Shown here: one piece after another, positions 61,566 to 64,000 of the stretch
Numbering within the stretch: position 1 is the stretch's first letter
How the letters are laid out: each line of letters starts with the position of its first letter
NCBI GenBank assembly: GCA_964399965.1
Contig: CAYNRX010000006.1
Span: 2,588 to 66,587, forward strand
Length of the DNA stretch: 64,000 nucleotides
Source: an uncultured Lachnospiraceae bacterium
GTDB taxonomy: Bacteria; Bacillota; Clostridia; UBA1381
Direction: 5' to 3'
The notes under the pieces: model-generated
Databases searched by the model: none
What the model was told of the DNA's origin: nothing
The model's input: the letters and a program-made list of their open reading frames with translations, nothing else
Position numbers and translations under genes: made by a program

Positions 61566-61591
61566 TAAATTTAAAACAGGACGGATTGTGG

Positions 61592-61620
61592 TTGACCACA
61601 TTGCTTCGTTATGGTATAAT
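61592..61620 (+). promoter_or_regulatory. SigA-type promoter of the ZIP transporter gene
   Basis: TTGACC, a 17-nt spacer, then TATAAT. Confidence 0.55.
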
Positions 61621-61653
61621 ACAAATGGATGTAACGGAAAAGGAGTGATATTC

Positions 61654-62430
61654 GTGGGAATATTTTTGTGCTTGATCCTGCCGTTTATCGGCACCTCTGC
61701 CGGGGCGGCCTGCGCGTTTTTTCTGAAAAATGAGCTGAAGCCGTTCGTGCAGAAGAGTTTTCTCGGTTTTGCCTCGGGAGTAATGGTTGCAGCTTCCGTA
61801 TGGTCGCTTTTGATCCCGGCCATGGATATGTCGGAGCATATGGGCAAGCTGGCCTTTATGCCGGCGGCGATAGGTTTTATACTGGGGATATTGTTTTTGC
61901 TGGTGATGGATATAGTTGTACCGCATTTGCATCTTGGCGCAACAAAATGCGAGGGACCCCAATGTGGTCTCAGACGCAGCACTATGATGGTGCTTGCAGT
62001 GACGCTGCATAATATCCCCGAGGGGATGTCGGCGGGAGCGGTGCTGGCAGGACTTATCACCAATAACGCCGATATTACCTTTGCCGGAGCGTTGGCGTTG
62101 TCAGTGGGGATCGCATTGCAGAATTTCCCGGAGGGCGCGATAATTTCTATGCCGCTTCGCGGTGAGGGAGAAAGCAGGACAAAGGCATTTTTAATGGGCG
62201 CGATGTCGGGGATAGTGGAACCGGCGGCCGGAGCGTTGACGATATTGATGGCATCCGTGATAACTCCGGTGCTGCCGTATTTGTTATCCTTTGCCGCCGG
62301 AGCGATGATATACGTGGTGATAGAGGAACTCATCCCCGAAGCATCTGCAGGCGAACATAGCAATATTGCCACGATCGCCTTTGCGGTCGGATTCTCGGTG
62401 ATGATGATATTAGACGTCGCACTGGGATAA
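61654..62430 (+). CDS. ZIP-family divalent metal transporter (ZupT-like)
   Basis: Multi-TM protein with HNIPEG and LQNFPEG motifs. GTG 61654 is 8 nt after AAGGAG. Confidence 0.8.
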   Translation: MGIFLCLILPFIGTSAGAACAFFLKNELKPFVQKSFLGFASGVMVAASVWSLLIPAMDMSEHMGKLAFMPAAIGFILGILFLLVMDIVVPHLHLGATKCEGPQCGLRRSTMMVLAVTLHNIPEGMSAGAVLAGLITNNADITFAGALALSVGIALQNFPEGAIISMPLRGEGESRTKAFLMGAMSGIVEPAAGALTILMASVITPVLPYLLSFAAGAMIYVVIEELIPEASAGEHSNIATIAFAVGFSVMMILDVALG

Positions 62431-62474
62431 ATAAAGCCTGTGCGTATTGGAAAAGTAAATAGTAATCAGACGCT

Positions 62475-62515
62475 GCCGTCTCGTGCATTGTGAAAGTGCA
62501 CGAGACGGCTTTTTT
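62475..62515 (+). terminator. Intrinsic terminator after the ZIP gene
   Basis: A 13-bp stem GCCGTCTCGTGCA / TGCACGAGACGGC followed by T6. Confidence 0.8.
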
Positions 62516-62566
62516 ATGATCAGCACGGCGCAATTATTAAGTTTTTATTAAGAGTGTAATATTCTA

Positions 62567-62595
62567 TTGACAAACAATATTATACGTGCTATAAT
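62567..62595 (+). promoter_or_regulatory. SigA-type promoter of the padR operon
   Basis: TTGACA, a 17-nt spacer, then TATAAT. Confidence 0.6.
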
Positions 62596-62636
62596 ATTGT
62601 TAAATCAATAAACGTTTAAAGAGAAGGAGGAGGAAT

Positions 62637-62996
62637 ATGTTGTTTAATATAAACGCCGCTCTTTTGGATGCGCTTGTGCTGGCGGTGGTGAATACCCATG
62701 ATATATACGGCTATGAGATAACGCAGATCCTAAAGGATTCACTTGATGTTTCCGAATCAACGCTCTACCCTGTCCTGCGCAGGCTGCAAAAGGACGATTG
62801 CCTGGAGGCCTATGACAGGGAGTATAATGGCAGAAACCGGCGGTATTACCGCATGACGGAAAAGGGACGGTGCCAGCTGGCTCTTTACTGCCAGGAATGG
62901 AAGCGGTATAAAGAAAAGATAAACGGCATCATGCTTCACGGTACTGACGGATGTGAGGATGGATATCAAAAAGCAAGGGGGAGAGAAAATGACTAA
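62637..62996 (+). CDS. PadR family transcriptional regulator
   Basis: YGYEITQILK...SESTLYPVLRRLQKDDCLE winged-helix pattern. Confidence 0.88.
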   Translation: MLFNINAALLDALVLAVVNTHDIYGYEITQILKDSLDVSESTLYPVLRRLQKDDCLEAYDREYNGRNRRYYRMTEKGRCQLALYCQEWKRYKEKINGIMLHGTDGCEDGYQKARGREND

Positions 62997-63603
62997 ACAG
63001 GAATTTTTGAATGAGCTGCGCCGGGAGCTTTCCTTTTTGCCGGCTGACGAGATAGAGGAAGCGATAGAGTTTTACGATGAGTATTTCAACGACGCCGAGG
63101 GCAGTGAGGAGCAGATAATAGCCGGTCTCGGCTCACCGAAAAAGGTGGCGGAAAACTTTTATAAAGAGTATAACGATAAGAAATACACAGCCGCACAGCC
63201 TGTGCCTGTCGGGGATCAGCAACCGAAAAGGCAGTCTTTGCCCATGTGGCTCAAGGTGATATTGGTCGCTGCGGCGATAGTGATAGGCGTACCGCTGGTA
63301 TTTTCGGCTGCCTGGACGGTATTCGGTATCATTTGCGGCATAGCGGCATTGATAATAGGCGCCCTTGTATTGGGAGCGGCGCTTGTGCTGGGCGGAGCGG
63401 CAGTATTTATCGTGGCCTTTATCAGCTCGTCTTCGCTGGCAGCGTTATTTTTGCAGCTGGGACTGGGACTTCTGATGCTGGGAGTGGGGGTACTGTTGTT
63501 CTGGCTGATGGTGATAGTGATAGTAAAGGCTGTTCCGGCGGTATTTAGGTTCGTTGTAGACTTTTTCGGTTCGCTCGTGCAGAAAAGGAGGAAAAAGGTA
63601 TGA
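62989..63603 (+). CDS. DUF1700 domain membrane protein
   Basis: MTKQEFLNELRRELSFLPADEIEEAIEFYDEYF and C-terminal TM helices. The start overlaps the padR stop. Confidence 0.7.
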   Translation: MTKQEFLNELRRELSFLPADEIEEAIEFYDEYFNDAEGSEEQIIAGLGSPKKVAENFYKEYNDKKYTAAQPVPVGDQQPKRQSLPMWLKVILVAAAIVIGVPLVFSAAWTVFGIICGIAALIIGALVLGAALVLGGAAVFIVAFISSSSLAALFLQLGLGLLMLGVGVLLFWLMVIVIVKAVPAVFRFVVDFFGSLVQKRRKKV

Positions 63604-64000
63604 GGAAAACGACAAAGATAGTATGCATTATCGCGGCTGTAGCCCTGGGATTGGGGATCGTGTGCATGATAGTGGGGCTTATGGGAGGAGCATCCTTCAG
63701 AGGGATGGGCTTTTGGCGGAGAGGCGGCGATGCTCCGGTGGTCACAGAAGAGCAGTTCCCGGCAAGAAACGGCGATGGGCATTCCGGCGAAAAACACAGT
63801 CAGCAAGAGTATCCCGGAGGAGCTGTCCGGGGCAATTCCATCATAGACGGGCTGGATATGGAATTTGACAGCCCTGTAGCGATCAGCATCAGTACGGGCG
63901 ATAAATTCTCGCTTTCGGTGGACGGTTATGACGAATTTGTACAGTATGGCGAGTCGGGCGTATCGACTGATGATTTTAAATCATATATGGAGGGCACGAC
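63600..64000 (+). CDS. Membrane-anchored protein, possibly DUF4097/LiaG-like. The 3' end runs off the window.
   Basis: ATG 63600 overlaps the upstream stop (ATGA) after GGAGGAAAAAGG. The frame is open to the window edge and has an N-terminal TM helix. The family assignment rests only on the usual PadR-DUF1700-DUF4097 gene order. Confidence 0.4.
   Translation, partial: MRKTTKIVCIIAAVALGLGIVCMIVGLMGGASFRGMGFWRRGGDAPVVTEEQFPARNGDGHSGEKHSQQEYPGGAVRGNSIIDGLDMEFDSPVAISISTGDKFSLSVDGYDEFVQYGESGVSTDDFKSYMEGT

Overview
The window looks like a core chromosomal segment of a spore-forming Firmicute (Clostridia-like). Supporting signs are cwlD, yunB, ymdB-rny, a T-box upstream of thrS, an L20-type leader upstream of infC-rpmI-rplT, and a glgBCDAP locus. 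I call 54 protein-coding genes, two of them cut by the window edges. They cover housekeeping and central metabolism (ldh, malic enzyme, serC-serA, tig-clpP-clpX, lysA, thrS, ligA, galE), a TetR plus heterodimeric ABC exporter unit, a four-subunit Hnd-type [FeFe] hydrogenase operon, cell-wall enzymes, a glycogen locus, an extended ECF-like sigma factor, cbiK, a ZIP transporter and a PadR-DUF1700 operon. I see no rRNA, tRNA, CRISPR array, transposase, phage or recognisable defence genes. The most interesting signal is non-coding. It is a MITE-like, strongly structured element that I do not recognise, present as three long copies (180, 214 and 281 bp), a 34-bp minimal copy, a solo hairpin and a 13-nt remnant. 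Four copies are flanked by perfect but different 9-10 bp direct repeats. All copies sit in UTRs or promoters in the sense orientation of the host transcription unit. Four of them end 25-31 nt upstream of a start codon (thrS, tig, cbiK, FAH-family gene). Secondary observations are listed below.
- The longest copy carries a terminator-like hairpin between the thrS T-box and thrS.
- The element's right end may form an outward hybrid promoter.
- GlgA has a roughly 150-aa acidic-then-basic tail that begins at an A9 tract.
- infC and rny both appear to use ATA start codons.
- One anthranilate-synthase-type amidotransferase homologue has lost its catalytic triad.
- The edge-truncated sensor protein has a degenerate GGDEF motif.
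Function calls come from motif recognition by eye, and no database search was possible.
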